Shown one piece after another: positions 25,582-39,722 of a DNA stretch of 64,000 bases (position 1 is the first letter of the stretch; every line of letters starts with the position of its first letter). This DNA comes from Syncephalis fuscata S228 (taxonomy: Eukaryota; Fungi; Zoopagomycota). The stretch is from assembly GCA_025786725.1 (NCBI GenBank), contig JAHLTZ010000028.1:1-64000 (forward strand). The letters are read 5' to 3'. Under the pieces are notes generated by a model. The model ran no database searches and was not told the DNA's origin. It worked only from the letters and a program-made list of their open reading frames with translations. A program made the translations under genes and the position numbers.

Positions 25582-28500
25582 TTACACACTACGAGCAATT
25601 CGCTCGGCCAATAATCCACGTAGCCATTCTTTGTAGACAACTACCGGTGTTACTTGACCGCGTAGTACTGCATCAAGACCGGCCCGGTCATAGCGTCTAA
25701 AGAACTCGGCATGAACCCAACCCAGTACTTCTTTGACCCAAGTCAACAAATCTACACTCCAAACTTCTTTCTTTGGTAAAAGATCAGTTGATGTGGAAGT
25801 AGTAGGTGCAGTTGGCTTTGTTGTCTCATTATTGCTGTTACTGTTACTGTTATTGTTGCTGTTGTTAGTTGTAGCGGATTTATCATTTGATATTAAATTA
25901 TCTGGTAAATTGACATCTTCAGGTCGTGTTTCTGCAGCTGCTGTTTCATTAACCGAATCAATGACTGCAGCTACCGGTGCCGTAACCATTTCATCACTAT
26001 GAGCTGAATCAGTTGTTGCTATATTGGTAGTAGTAGTAGGAGGAGTAGTAGTATCCATAGCATCTGTTGATGGTTCAGGTGTAACATCCATCGGTGTCGG
26101 TCCTATAGCTGTTGTAGTTGTAGCTGTAGAGGTAGGTGGTGATGGCTGTGGTGGCGGTGAAGGACGTTGTCGTGGACACCGTTCACGTACTACAACAATA
26201 TTATCTTGTTGTGATGCCGGCCATGATCGTGTTGTATCATCAACAATTAATGGCATACCAAAGAATGGCTGATAGAACCATTGTTGGCGTGTACTGGTGG
26301 CCTCCTCTCGATTAATCACCGATCCAATGGTTGTATTATGCCAAGCAGAACTGGCCACTGCATCAGCACCACTAACCAAATGATGAAAGCCTGCCTCGGT
26401 TGGATGAGGTGTGCCAACTGGTAAATAACAGAAATTGTATAATGCATCCAAGTTCTTGGGTGGTGTATCGCGTGCACCACGTGTTACGGCAAAGTCCAGT
26501 TCAGGTCGGGCTGAATGACGTAATCCTTGTATTCGAGTCTTTCCTGGATCCAATACATCTGCTACATCTGATACATAGTTTTGTTCTCTAATAACAAATC
26601 GTTAATGGCTGGTTGTCGATATTATTAATATGATTAATACTTACCCTAGCGAACAAACAGATACTTCAAATAAAGTGGCGGCCCAGTCTAGAAATGTCTC
26701 TACACCAGGTGTAACTACTACACGTCGTCCATCTCTTAATGTGCGAATTCGTTCCGGTACTATAATAATAGTAATTAGTATGGTTATTGTTAGTATTACT
26801 AGTCAATCATTTGTATACTTGTATTTACCTGTAGCTGCTTGTTTTTCAGGTACATAACGAACTGGATCATCATCACTAATAAGCCGTACAAGTGTGTCAT
26901 CCAAGTCAAGCACCAATGGTAGTCGACGGGAATTTAATAAATGTTGTATCTGTTGAACGGCACAGTTACGAAGTGCTGTTGGTTCACATATATAACCAAA
27001 TAATGTTCTAAGTATTATTATTAATAATATTAATAAATATTACAAATCAGTTATGCTGTATTGTTCGCTTAAACCACCTTAATACTTACTGTTTATCACG
27101 GGCTGGTTTTAAATGTAACTCCCATGGTGTATTTGATCCACGTTCACGTATCATAAAATAGGCACTCTAAATAAATAAATAGTTAATTAGTTAATTAGTT
27201 AATTAGTTAGTTATATAATCAATGGTTAATAATGATAATACTTGCCTTACGCATCCCTGCCATATCTTCAAACCACGAATGTTGTGGAAACTGGAATACA
27301 AATGAAAATTTAATCTGTAATTGATGGAGTGAAGAGTAACAACCACGCGGCAATACACCAGCAATACGATACTCCGGATCGAGTATAAAGAACCGACCTA
27401 GTACAGGTTGTACATGTACTGGACGCAATTCCACTGATGGTGCATATTCTGGTCCAGGTTGACCACTGGTAAATGGTGGCAGTATGAGTCGTGGATTCCA
27501 ATCATATTCCGTTTGTTGTGTACACAGAATGAGTTCAGGTTTACGATGAGCAGTATTGGTAGGGCCTGTATTGGTAGATGGCATTTTACCAAAGAAGTTG
27601 GGTCCATTATTTGTTGTGGGTGTTGAAGCCCGTACTGATCGTGGATTATTTATATGATGCATACTAGTAGCCGGGTTATTGCTATTCGTATTTGACATCA
27701 TAGATGGATTGGTGCCACTATTATGCAATATAGTTGTTGCGGTGGATGTTTTTGTTGCTGCTGTTGTTGTTGCAGTATTCCATTAACAGTGGTTGTATTT
27801 GTCGTTGCATTTGTTGTCGATAATGATGATGATGATGATGGTGTGGTGGTGGTGCTGATGATGATGAATTAAGACCAAAGAAGTTAGGTGGCGTAACATG
27901 AGCACTACTTGATGCAGTATTAGTAGATGAAAACCGTCCACCTGGAAATGGTCCTGGTCCATGACTTGTAGTATCTCTACTTGCTGATAATCGTGGATTT
28001 AACATATTAATGGCTGGTTTAGCAGGTGATCCACCAGACATGCCACTACTAGCACTACTATTACTGCCACCACGTCCCATACCAATACCACGTGGACCTG
28101 CAGCACCAGAGGGTCTCCTATATTTGCCACCTTGAACATCTCGTTCATTGATATCGTTATATTCAACTATAGATGCATAACCATTAGTCTATTTCTATTT
28201 CTATTCTATTCTATTAGTATTGGTGTTATAGGCTTACCTGTAGGACGCGTACCAACAGCTGGTAAACGACCAGGAACAGCAGTCATGCCAGGTGCACCAC
28301 CAGATGTTACTGTCCCTGTTGTATCAAGACGGATGGATGATGTGGCCGTTAGACTAAATGCTTGATTACCAGTTGGTAGAATACCCATGCCTACTGCATC
28401 ACCATCTGTTGCGGCTACCAAATCATCTAATTGACCACGACGAGCAAATGCATGCTTTCGTTTATCTTTCTTTTTCTTCTTCTTCTTAGATGCTGGTTCC

Positions 28501-29635
28501 CAAATAGGTAGATCTGCAACTTCGTCACTATCATCTTCACCATGATGATGATGGTGATGTGGATGATGAAGATGATGATTATTACCATGGAACCCGGTTG
28601 GTGTTGGTCGATTGGGTGTATGCGTAGTGGTATTGGTAGTAGTATTGGTATTGGTAGTAGTATTGGTATTGGTAGTAGTATTGGTATTGGTACTATTGGT
28701 AGTAGTATTGGATGCACTGTTAGTCGTAGTGTTAATAGGAGCAGATGGCCAAGTAGTTGTACTAGAACTGTTATTGTTATTGTTGTTATTGTTATAAACC
28801 CATTATCTTCAATTTGTTCTGAATTGGTATTTAACAATGTGGCAGCTGTTGTTGTCGGTATAGTTGTAGTAGCTGTTGTTGTATCAATACTATTATTACT
28901 AATGTTACTAGTGTTACTATTACTATTAGCAGTTATAGTAGCTGTATCACTATTGGTAATTGGTGTAGATACAGGTACTGTTGTAGATACAGATACTGTT
29001 GTTGTTGTTGTTTTAGTAGTCATTGGTGTAGTAGTTAAAGGTAAAGAAATTTCAGTTAATGCTGTCTCTATACCATGTACAGAGGCAGGTATTGTCTTGG
29101 TTTCAGTAGGGTTGTCATCGATCATTTCATGATCATCCGCGTCATGGCCGCGCTGTTGTTGGTCGTTATCATTAAGTAGAAACATAATGTTGGACTTTTG
29201 AGCCGGCTATATAATAGATAGTATAGTATAGTAATAATTGTACACTCGTTAGTAACATGTCTGTCAAACAAGCCCATATGAATATCACGTGCAGTAACAC
29301 TATCCATCTTTACACTTCACCCCACACTCCTTCTTCCTGTATGCTTGTAGCTGTGTTTACTTCATAGTACAACCGTCAGTGCTGTTACTTACCTCATAGC
29401 TATTGGTGCTAGTACCGCTACTACTGCTATTGTTGCTGCCTTGTAAACTGGTAGCAGTGGCAGTAGTTGTATTGCTGGCCGCTGTGGCCTTTACCGCGGA
29501 TGGACCAGTCGATGGCACAACAGTCGTTGACATAATGCCATGACTACCATCGTCTTCGTCGTCCCCGCCGCCCTCTTCGCCTGGCTGGCGTGTTCGCTTG
29601 GCAGGAGGAGGAGGAGCTAGGCTCGACCGTTTCAT
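25582..29635 (-). CDS. HAD-family (FCP1/CPL-like) CTD phosphatase with long low-complexity N-terminus
   Basis: LLNSRRLPLVLDLDDTLVR (DxDxT), PGVETFLDWAATLFEVSVCSLG, PLIVDD; attachment of the upstream low-complexity exons is uncertain. Confidence 0.7.
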
Positions 29636-30565
29636 AGTGACACTGGCAATAACAATAAAATAAAATACACCACAGGCGTTTGAACAAAAAGGACGGTCAT
29701 ACACGGGAAATATACGGGCACGAGGTCTTTTGCCTACGCGACAGAGAAAGTAAACGCTGTGGTGACACGCTTAGACGAGAATGCGGTGTTTTGTTTAAAG
29801 AAACAAAAGCGTTTTTGGTAAGGTTGTCTGTCGTGGTTGGTTGATAAGTAAATCAAACGAAGATGCCTATCACTTATGCCTAATCCACGTTTAAAGCATA
29901 CACTCATACACTCATACACTCATACACTCATACACATACGCGTGCACTATTGTTGTGAAGATTAATGATTGGGCAATAACTGGTTAAAAAACTGCAAGTA
30001 AAAAACTAAAACTGCCAATCTACCAAACGAATCGATTTGTGTGGATGGGTGGTGAGTAAATGTGTAACCGCCTAAGGGGTAGATAATTTGTAGTGTGTGT
30101 GTGGGTGATAAAGTAAATGGGTGCGTAGAAAGCTCTAGCAGGAAAATCGACAACTTTGAATGACTAAAATTTTCTAACCATAGCCACGGCCGCTCGACAC
30201 AACGTCAACTGGCCTATTTATACGATACCACGCACACGGTCAAGGGCTCACCCTCATCTGTATAATTGGCCGTTTATTGGCTCGTGAGAAATGGGGAGGG
30301 GGTGATGATGGCGTCAACGAGCCAATGTGCTGCCTCGAAAGGGGGGAGTTACATTTGCATTATAGACAGTGATAGGTCAGTTCAGTTGACATACAAAATG
30401 GTTGCTGAGAAATAGAAGAGTAGATAATTGCGATTGAATGAAGTTTGATTAAGATAAATTTGGTAAATGAGAACGTGTGTGAGTACAAATGTGATGGAAT
30501 GTGATTGAGTGTTCGAAAATACAATATTTGTCCTATCGTTTTTATTTTATTTTATTTTATTTCGA

Positions 30566-32543
30566 ATGTCTACTGAATTTAACAAGCCTAAACGGAGATT
30601 TACGCGTTTGGCACGGAATGTAAAGCCGGCATCGACGGCCAGTGCTACTAGTAATGTGGTGACTGTTACGACAGACCAGACGGTGTCAACCATTGCCACT
30701 ACAAGTAGTAATGGCACAGCCAAGACGAATCAAGCGATCACAACGATGAATTCATCTACCAAGTCTTCACCTGTACCTAAGGTCGCTTCTATTCCCAGTG
30801 ATATGCTCTATATACTTCAAGAGCTGAATGGGCCATCAGTAGAGTCTAGAGAATCGGCTATAGCATCGTCACCAGCTGTAGCGATAAAAACAAGAAAATC
30901 ATCACGGTTGGAGAAAATAGATATAGCACAGCCATTAGATACTACGGCAATGCCCAATGATTTACTGTATATTATGAATGCGATGAATGGCAATATTGAT
31001 ACGACAACAATGGATACTATGCCCGACAATGATGCTATTACTTCAAAACCAACAGCACAAATACAAGGAAAACGGGCAAATAAACGTAAAAATAAAGATA
31101 CAAAAGCAACGATGACAAGTGTAGAAGAGGCCACCAATAGTGGTAAAATAATAGAAAATGCAAAATCAACTCGAAAACAAGAAAAGAGAAAATACAATGC
31201 GGCAAATGACCCGCGTTCAACAAATAAACGTCCCAGTTGGACCGATAGAGATCAACAAGCGATGGATGCACTGGAAGAGTTAACATTGCCAATTAAAATA
31301 GATGGACAAGTTGACGATGATTTTAATGCACTATTAAGTGAGCATATTAAAGCAACAGATAACACTAATAGAAAGAATACGGTAAGTATATAATAAGCAT
31401 AACTGTAATGACATTAAACGATAGTGTATAACGCTATATAGAAAAGAAAAGAAAAGTCAAAAGCGTCTAATACAGCATCAAATTCAGCATCTGAATCAAT
31501 GGCATTTAATCCAGCAGTAAGTTGTTTACTAATAACAATTATAAATTATCAATTATCAATTATTAATTAATTAAATTGATATATTTAATAGACTAAAATA
31601 CGGTTTTGTTTTCAATGGCAAAAAGACGGATACTGTGAACGAGTAAGTAATCAAATTGATATAACTAATATATTTATATAATTAAATATATGATTTATAA
31701 GGGAGATGCTTGTCCTTATTCACATGAAGTACCGCCAGAAATAGCCCGAGAAGCAATGAAAGCACCAAATCAAATATGTCGCGCATTACGTACTCATGGT
31801 ACATGTCCACTTGGTGTAAGTAACTAACCGTTAATGATAGAGAATAACGAATAAACTAATTTGATCAATAGATACGATGTCCATGGTCTCATGATTTATC
31901 GGCTATAACATCAGTATCTAAAAAAGATACACCTATAGAAGATGCACCTATAGCTAATAATGAAAGAGACAAGCCACAAACAACAACCTCTAACAAACCA
32001 GCTGAACTGTGTCGTTACTTTAAATCAGGCAGTTGTGGTAAAGGATTATGGTGTACATTTTCACATGATATCCTTTTATTTCTATTATCTATTAATATGC
32101 TAGATAGTTTAACCCTTATTGTAGTAATATCTTAACTATTTGTGTGTGTGTATGTGTGTGTGTATAGATACATTTGAAGCTGGAACCTTGCTTCTTTTTC
32201 GCTCAACGAGGCTATTGTGCAGCCGGCGATGAATGCCGTTTTAGTCACGTAGCACCAGGTGATGGTAACACATCAACAACTGATGGTGGTTCAAAGGCTG
32301 AAAATACTACCGATAAAGATTATTCTTCTATTCCACCTGAAAAGTGGGTTCCTGTTTTATCAGCGGTAAGAAGTATAAACATGCAGTTAATCAGTGTAGA
32401 TAATGACTAAACTAACATATATTATATATGACACATCACAGACACATCATCAAGATCATAACGATACCAAGATAGATGTTGATCAACCACTGTCATTTAG
32501 TGGATTACCAGCTGATTTAGTCTATGATCCATAATCATTGTAA
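30566..32543 (+). CDS. Tandem CCCH zinc-finger protein (4 fingers)
   Basis: CFQWQKDGYCERGDACPYSH, CRALRTHGTCPLGIRCPWSH, CRYFKSGSCGKGLWCTFSH, CFFFAQRGYCAAGDECRFSH. Confidence 0.85.
32068..32171 (+). other. U12-type (minor spliceosome) AT-AC intron
   Basis: Donor ATATCCTTTT, branch-like atCTTAAC at ~32129-32136, acceptor AC; removal gives SH-D-LKLEPC in frame. Confidence 0.8.
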
Positions 32544-32736
32544 TTTAACTCTTTATTTTCTATATACTCGAATAATTACTGAAACAACATCTGCGTAATT
32601 ATTACTAATAAAGATGGCAATCGTGTATCCTATTAAACATAGCCTCTATCTATATGATGTGTATACATTGTGTACCCCCTTTTCAATGGCAGGCAATGGT
32701 CTAGATCCATGTGAGGGCCAACACGGCAATAACAGC

Positions 32737-33111
32737 CTAATGAAAGTGTATAGAAAGAATCATTGCGTCTATATTGAAACGAGCTATAGCAATGGCGCCA
32801 TTATCCGCGTCGGGTTTTAGATTTCTCTGACCAGTAGGACCAACAATAACCGTTTCGGTTGGCGTGACCACTACCACGGATGCAGTACGTGTAGGTGGAT
32901 CAGCAGGCGTATTGTTGCCTACACCAATAGATATACCGGTAGTACTATTGCTCTTACTATCGCTGTTACTATTCTTATTATCATTATTATTGTTGTTGTT
33001 GTTGTTATTACCGCCACCTAATATAGGCAGGTTAAGCTGAGCGGTAACCGGAGTGGCAACGGCCCATAGCGCTAAAACAGCGCCTAAAATAACCATAGAG
33101 TTGAATCGCAT
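32737..33111 (-). CDS. Small secreted Asn/Thr-rich protein
   Basis: Signal peptide MRFNSMVILGAVLALWAVATPVTA; 124 aa. Confidence 0.6.
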   Translation of the reverse strand: MRFNSMVILGAVLALWAVATPVTAQLNLPILGGGNNNNNNNNNDNKNSNSDSKSNSTTGISIGVGNNTPADPPTRTASVVVVTPTETVIVGPTGQRNLKPDADNGAIAIARFNIDAMILSIHFH

Positions 33112-34821
33112 GGTGTTAATAGCTGGTTAAACAATAAGTTTAGTAACAATAAAGGTGAAAGGCAGTAATGCTTAAGATGAAGTAGTAAAATTGAATAAGT
33201 TTGAATAGAGGTGAAATAACGTGTACATATAAAATGTATTTTATTCGGCGTATTCGGCCTATCCATATGCAGCACAGTGCAGTGTGTGGATGTGTGTGTG
33301 TGTAGATCTTAGTGGTGAAGTAAAAAACGGACCGCTCAAGGAACCAGTAACATGTGAGAGTAGTTAATTCAACAAGTCGACACTTGTACGATTACTAGCG
33401 ATTTCTTAATAGAACTAAACACACGTGGTTTACTGCGTTATTTATCTCACTGTCCTATAATTATAAAGAATACAACAGATATATTGACTATAACTATGCT
33501 AGGGAGATTAATTTATAATGATTTGTCGTGATAGTCGCTTGCTATCTATTTGTCAGCAATGGTATAGCTGCATCGATACTTCATGTTGTCGTTGCTACTT
33601 TTTAAACTTGCCGTTTTGGCCATTGTATTGATGCCTCGCTTGTGGCACTTAGATTTGCTGCAAGGCTGATCTAGTTAAGCATAACCCTCGAATAGTCAAC
33701 TTTGTTTAGTACTGAGTATTTGCGTACATTTTCTACTTTACATGTAAACCGTGTGTATATCTATGTGTATGGCGAGTTCTGAGGTGTAAATACCACGTTG
33801 ATGCCAGCAGCCATTGGTAAAGGCAGCCAACCAATCTATGGATAAACTACAACGTGTGGCTGCAGCTATCCATGCGTGGCATTTTTCCATGCTTAATGGC
33901 ACTTGTGTGTGTGTGTGTGTATGTGTATGTCTGTGTGCACGCAAATACAAGTACGCACGCACGCACGCACAAATTGTATGGCTGTATGATTGAATAGGCC
34001 ATGCGATACGCCAATAGTCATTCAGACAATGTATGGCAACTGGATTTAATAAACATGCGGAACCATGACTCGCTAGACTTGTTAAAAATACGATGCTACA
34101 ACCACGCAGACTACTTGCTCTTTTCTCTTTCATTTCGTTGTCTGTTCCGTTATCTAAATTGCTCTTTTCATCTCTCTCTCTCTTTCTCTATTTCTCTATA
34201 TCTCTTTGTGTTATTTCGTTAATTTGTTTTTCTGTTCAGTTATTACTGTACTATTAATTAGTTTGTGATTTACGTTTGTGTGTATCTGTGTAACACAGCT
34301 CAAGTCAAGTATTAATCTTTCACGGCAAGGACAAAAGCTAGCCTAGTCTTTGTACTGTTTGGTAAGCAAATTAAATAGTCATATTACCATTATTATCGCA
34401 ATGTTTTATTCGCTTGGTCCCTGACGTACTCTGCATGTTGTCTGCAATTATTTTGGTTTATATGGCATGGCCATTTGCCATAAGCGTTACTCTCTCTTGT
34501 TACGTGCACGCGTGTACAAATGTGCCCTTGTGATACTGGTCAAATAGACGTATGGTTGGCCATAGCCATGTGTTTTGCGCGTATGCATGAAGAATGCCCT
34601 TTAATACTGTTGCCGTTAAGGCGAAGACCATTGCACCTGACATGATACTTCGTATAACATTTTAAATCTTTATTGTCTTTATTGCGCTACTGTCTATATA
34701 CTGTATTTTCCTTTGTTACTGCTATATCAACAATTAATAAGATAATATATTAATAATCCGTGTTTTTATTATATTATATTATTAGTACCCAATTTAATTC
34801 AATTATTCGTCTACGACTACT

Positions 34822-36162
34822 ATGAGTCCCAAGTTTACTTTACGTCGCTCAATGATGGGCACTGCGGCGGATTTCAATCAAACAGAAGGAATGGACCAGC
34901 ATCGCGTATCTACGTCGATTAATAGATCATCGAGGAAAAATCGACGCACTTCCAATCTACTTAATCGCTTTAGTTTCCGTAACGATGCGCCAGCGCCTAT
35001 TGTGACTGCCCTTCCATTACAACTCAGGAAGAGGAGCCCGTTTCTCCAGTATTGTCGTTAACAATGTCGCCTTCATTGCTATCCACACTACCACCTGAGC
35101 TGATGCCTGTAACTGAGGGCATTGAAGGTATTCAGGATTATTTCAACCCGGCAGCAAGACAAATCAAGTCTACTAATGCTAAAAAGGATAATAAGAACAA
35201 GGCTGCAAAATCTGCTCAACCGATCAAACATCCACAGACAGCGACTAAAGCAAGTGCTAAAAAGTCAGATACCGTAGCTGTGGCAGTTCCAAATATTGGA
35301 ACTTCAAACGCACAGCCTAAAAAAGCCTATGTTGCTTTATCCCCCACGGCCAAAGATGCCGTCTCTGTAGGAGATCTCGAATCTGCGTTGGATCAGATTT
35401 GGGGCGGCTTCTGCGATGAAGGCCAACAGGCAAGTTGTTGAATAAACACCAATTGCCAAATTATTAATCTAATTGTTTTATTTATATAAATATTATTACC
35501 GCAAACAGATGACCGATAATCAAAATGAACATAGTGATAACGCGATTGATAACGAGGAAGAAAACGATAAAAGCAGCGCACAAAGCCAAGAAGAAGAAGA
35601 AGAGGAAGAAGATACAAATAGCGTTCATACCGTTGTATCAGTTGATGATATTACAGCCGCTGTAAGAGCTAGCGGTTTAACAAGAGATAATTTCAACGAT
35701 GCTGCTTCTGATTCCGATATTAAAACGGATATTACGGGTACGAATACGGTTAACGCACGTATAACGGGTGCATCTCGTTTCCGTGGCCTACTAGGTGGCC
35801 GTACAAGCCAGATTATGCCGCGCAGTAGCACGGGATTTGGTGATTTGTTTACACGCAATAAGATGCGCCGTCACCCAACTGTGGCATCAGCCGATGATGT
35901 CAACGAACCAACCGAAGAAGCCGTTGGTCGTTCTGCTTGGGGACTATCGAGACTATCACGATCAAAGGAAGTAGATACTACACCTACTGCACCAGCCGCA
36001 AATACTGCTACTAAGGATGATAATGATTATTATGGTGCGGTTGTAGTTGCACGTAAATCGGCCAAAGAGCATGGTATAAGTGCGTGGCGACGTGCTGCTC
36101 CTCTGCGTATGCTTGCTCAGCGTATCGTCGGCCTCGGCCAACGATTCACTTCTGCTCGCTAA
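34822..36162 (+). CDS. Unknown low-complexity protein with an apparent frameshift near 35000-35050
   Basis: Three collinear ORFs; GC-AG intron ~35430-35508; no intron explains the first frame change. Confidence 0.45.
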
Positions 36163-37573
36163 AGGATTAGCACTATTTTAGGAACGCGTACATGTCATCG
36201 CTCAACAAGCATTTATAACATTCTTTTTTTCAATCGCCCTCTCATTCGTCTTTATTCTTTCTCGCTGTCTTTAGCAATTGGCAATTATGGCTTCGATTTT
36301 CAATTTTGTGGCCATTAATGCCATTCTATTTGTTCCTTGTTGTCTTTTGCATTTGATCTATTTGTCGGCTGTACTTTCACCGTCAAGTAATCAATGCTTA
36401 GTTAATTCATTCGTTCTATTTTGTAATAGTTGTCGCCTGGTAGCAACACTATTGAATACTTTTTATTTTAGGATATATTGAATGCTGCTATACTTTTTTA
36501 ATGGTGCAGTGGCATTTTTTGTAATTTTCTGTGCACACGTACATCCGTGTTTATTAATAAACTTTGTTAACTTTACTGAATTTGGTTGAACTGTACTTTG
36601 ACTCCCACATTTGGAGTTTTCAAAGCAAAATTCGCTCTAATTGAAGTCATGCTGTTATGCACAGCAAACATAGTTATAATGTTCATTTAACTACTTGGAA
36701 ATTCACAAGGCCGATCATTGTTGTTGTTGTTGGTCATGTGTAGAAAGGTTAATCAAATATTAATAGAAGCCATTGATTGCAATTCCATATCATTTCGCAG
36801 TTATTATTGTTGTTACTACGTACAGTGTGGTTTCTTGCATCTGAATGATCTCTTCTATTTTCCAATCTTCTACTATTGCATTTTGGGCATATTTGCCATG
36901 TAAGATACCCGTCTATGGTGACAAAAAGGTAGGACGACTAGCATTTTAATGTTTACCAGTCTTAAGCATTCTTGGTATCAACTTGGTAGGTGCAGATTAT
37001 TTTCCAACCATTGATGAAGCAAATCGGCCTCCACCATATGCAATAATGATAGGTTGAGTGTCTTATAGGAAGTCTTGTGGCACAGTTGTAACCAGAATAT
37101 ACGCATGCCGTTGAGGTTACTTGAACAGGTGTTGGTGTAAAATAAGAAAATAAAAATAGGATTGAATATGTTCTTTATTGATGTTCAAATACACATGTTT
37201 TATATTGTTATATTCAACATTATGTATAATATATTATGAATAGAATATCCAAAAAGACGGTGAAATGAGTACATAAAAATGCGGGGTCAAAGTACAGTAG
37301 CTCGTATGTATAAATTGTAAACTAAAACTTGTCTGATTTCATGTATTTAGTAATTAGTAATAACTAATATATGAGTTATGGCAATGTATATTTTCATCGT
37401 CAACGTCGTAACTTGCTACTATTACTAATATTATAATACAATCAGCTTTTTTATTTAGTAAATAAACATTATCTTATATTTGCGTATTTTATTGTTTAAA
37501 TTATTAAGGTAGTCGAAAAGTAGCAACATTGACAACAATAGCTATGACTGTAACTAATAATAAAATAATTGAA

Positions 37574-38737
37574 CTACAGCTTTATAACCTGTGGTGTTTC
37601 AAAGCCAAGCTGTGCAAGTAAGCCACCTACAGGTCCTGGATCTACTTCACTACGCATTCGGCCGGCTACTTGTTCCATCATACTTGATATCATAAACAAT
37701 AACTTAATAACATTGTTTGTAATTTTTAATAAATCTTACCCTGGTGGTCCACATACAATTGCCAATGAGGCACGCAAATCGCCACCTTGCCAAATAGATG
37801 CCTTTTCTATTTCTGTTTTTGTTATTCGTCCAATACCTCCTGTCCATGCTGATGGCGATATTGACTCCAATGTCTCTGCCAAATAGCGAATACGCAGTCT
37901 ATTAGGATATTGCTGTGCTAGTTCATTTAATGTATCGGCTAGCAAGTGATCCTGTTCATTTTTTGCTGCAAAAATTAGAGTAAATTGTGTTGAATCAGTC
38001 GTATCGATCATAGCATATTGCAACAGTTGTACCATAGGCGCAACACCTGTGCCACCCGCCATCTATCATTGATTAATATAGAAATATCAATTAAACTGTT
38101 ATAGTTATCGATAATCCTTAGTACTTACCAATAAAACATGTCGATACTTGTTGGGCTGATATTGCCATTTATAGCTGTTTAGTCTAGGTCCAATAAATTC
38201 AATTCGATCGCCAATGTTCTTATTTGCAATAAATCGCGACACTTGGCCATCCGAATAGACGCGCACAGCAAGTTGCAATTTGTCTATCGGTGTTCCTGGT
38301 GGAGGCAAATAAACTGGCGTGTAATGGCGCGCTGTTTGTAAGGTATCGTCCTTAAGGAAAACACTCCAAATGGGCGTTAATGGTGTTGTTGCTGGTTTAG
38401 CCAGTGAAAAGGTAAACAGATAAGTATCGCTAGTTAGCGGCTTGACCGACGCAAGCGGTAGACTACAAAACTCGTCAGGACGTAGTGTATCGACTAACTG
38501 CTGTTGTGTGTGTCTTTCGCGATAATGCTGCCATGCTAGTAGGCTGCAAATAGCTGTAGTTGCCGCAGCTATAACTATTGGTCGGTTGACGCGACGTGTG
38601 GAATCATTAGCTGGTTGCGTAGACAAGGACGGCTTGTCTGAATTTGCGTGCAACTGGCGTACTATCAAGCTATCCGCACAAGTAACTATGCGAATCGTGT
38701 CGACGTTACTATTCAAGCCTTTTAGTCTAAACGACAT
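37574..38737 (-). CDS. Cytochrome b5 reductase-like FAD/NAD oxidoreductase, probably mitochondrial
   Basis: ARHYTPV, VRVYSDGQVSRF, MAGGTGVAPMVQ, IVCGPPG; one TM segment after a presequence. Confidence 0.88.
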
Positions 38738-39029
38738 GCTAACCTTGCTGACAAAAGTGCAAATGCCCACATTGTGTAAAAATAAAATAATAAAAATGTA
38801 AAGTATTTAATAGTATTAATAATGAAATGAAATCTTAGTATAATTTTATATCTTTATAGCTGTATTATGGCACTGGTATATTACCAGCACCATTATAAAA
38901 AATAAAACAGGAGTTAAATAGTATCGTACAATGCTTGTAATTATAATTATTAGTTTGTATAAAATATGCTAATACACAATATACTATGTGTTATTTAACA
39001 TTTAAACAGTTTATTATTAATATAATTAT

Positions 39030-39520
39030 TATTTGTGGATCAAATGGCTACAATTAATAATATCCAATTTATTAACATGATGATGGGTGGTGAGTGATAT
39101 TAAATATTAAATACTCGTCATTGTAGATTTATTATCCAATATACATATATCCTATATTCGCCTATATCATTGCCATTCTATTCCACGCTACTATATATTA
39201 TTTCATGCTTGCATATCTTCCTCTATTCAATGCTATTTTTATTTTTGTTCTAGCCTTATTACTAATACATTTTAGCTCATTCAACTCATCTATTTAGCAA
39301 GCTATATGTAATTGAAACCTATAACAATAGAATGTATTCAATATACATAGAATAATATATATATAAATAGAGTATATATGTATACTGGATAATCAATCTA
39401 CGATGATAAGTATTTTAAACTTTAATGTCATTCAGCATCCAATTTCATGTTCAATAAAACAAATTTCTGTTTAAATGTATAAATATTATCATTTTAATTA
39501 TTTATCATCAGTTCAAACAC
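39030..39520. mobile_element. Short (~0.5 kb) member of the same MITE family
   Basis: caaatggcta...atatccaatttattaacatgatgatgggtggtgagtga matches 15662-15720; inverted counterpart at 39370-39520. Confidence 0.65.
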
Positions 39521-39722
39521 AATTATTATTATTAGTATATTATTATTTTGCTTTATTAAAACTACTACATAGTTGACTCTCTTTTTCTCTTTTTGCTGCC
39601 AGCTTCACTTTTATTCTAACATATAAATAGCCATTAAAGTATTATTTATTGTATTTATGCTTTATTTAGCTTCTAGTTTTAATTATAAATAATGAAATTG
39701 GAGAAATTGGATGCTGCTATTA

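Noticed and set aside
28427-29185. Overlapping low-complexity ORFs on both strands
   Set aside because: By-products of trinucleotide and hexanucleotide repeats within the phosphatase gene's N-terminal exons
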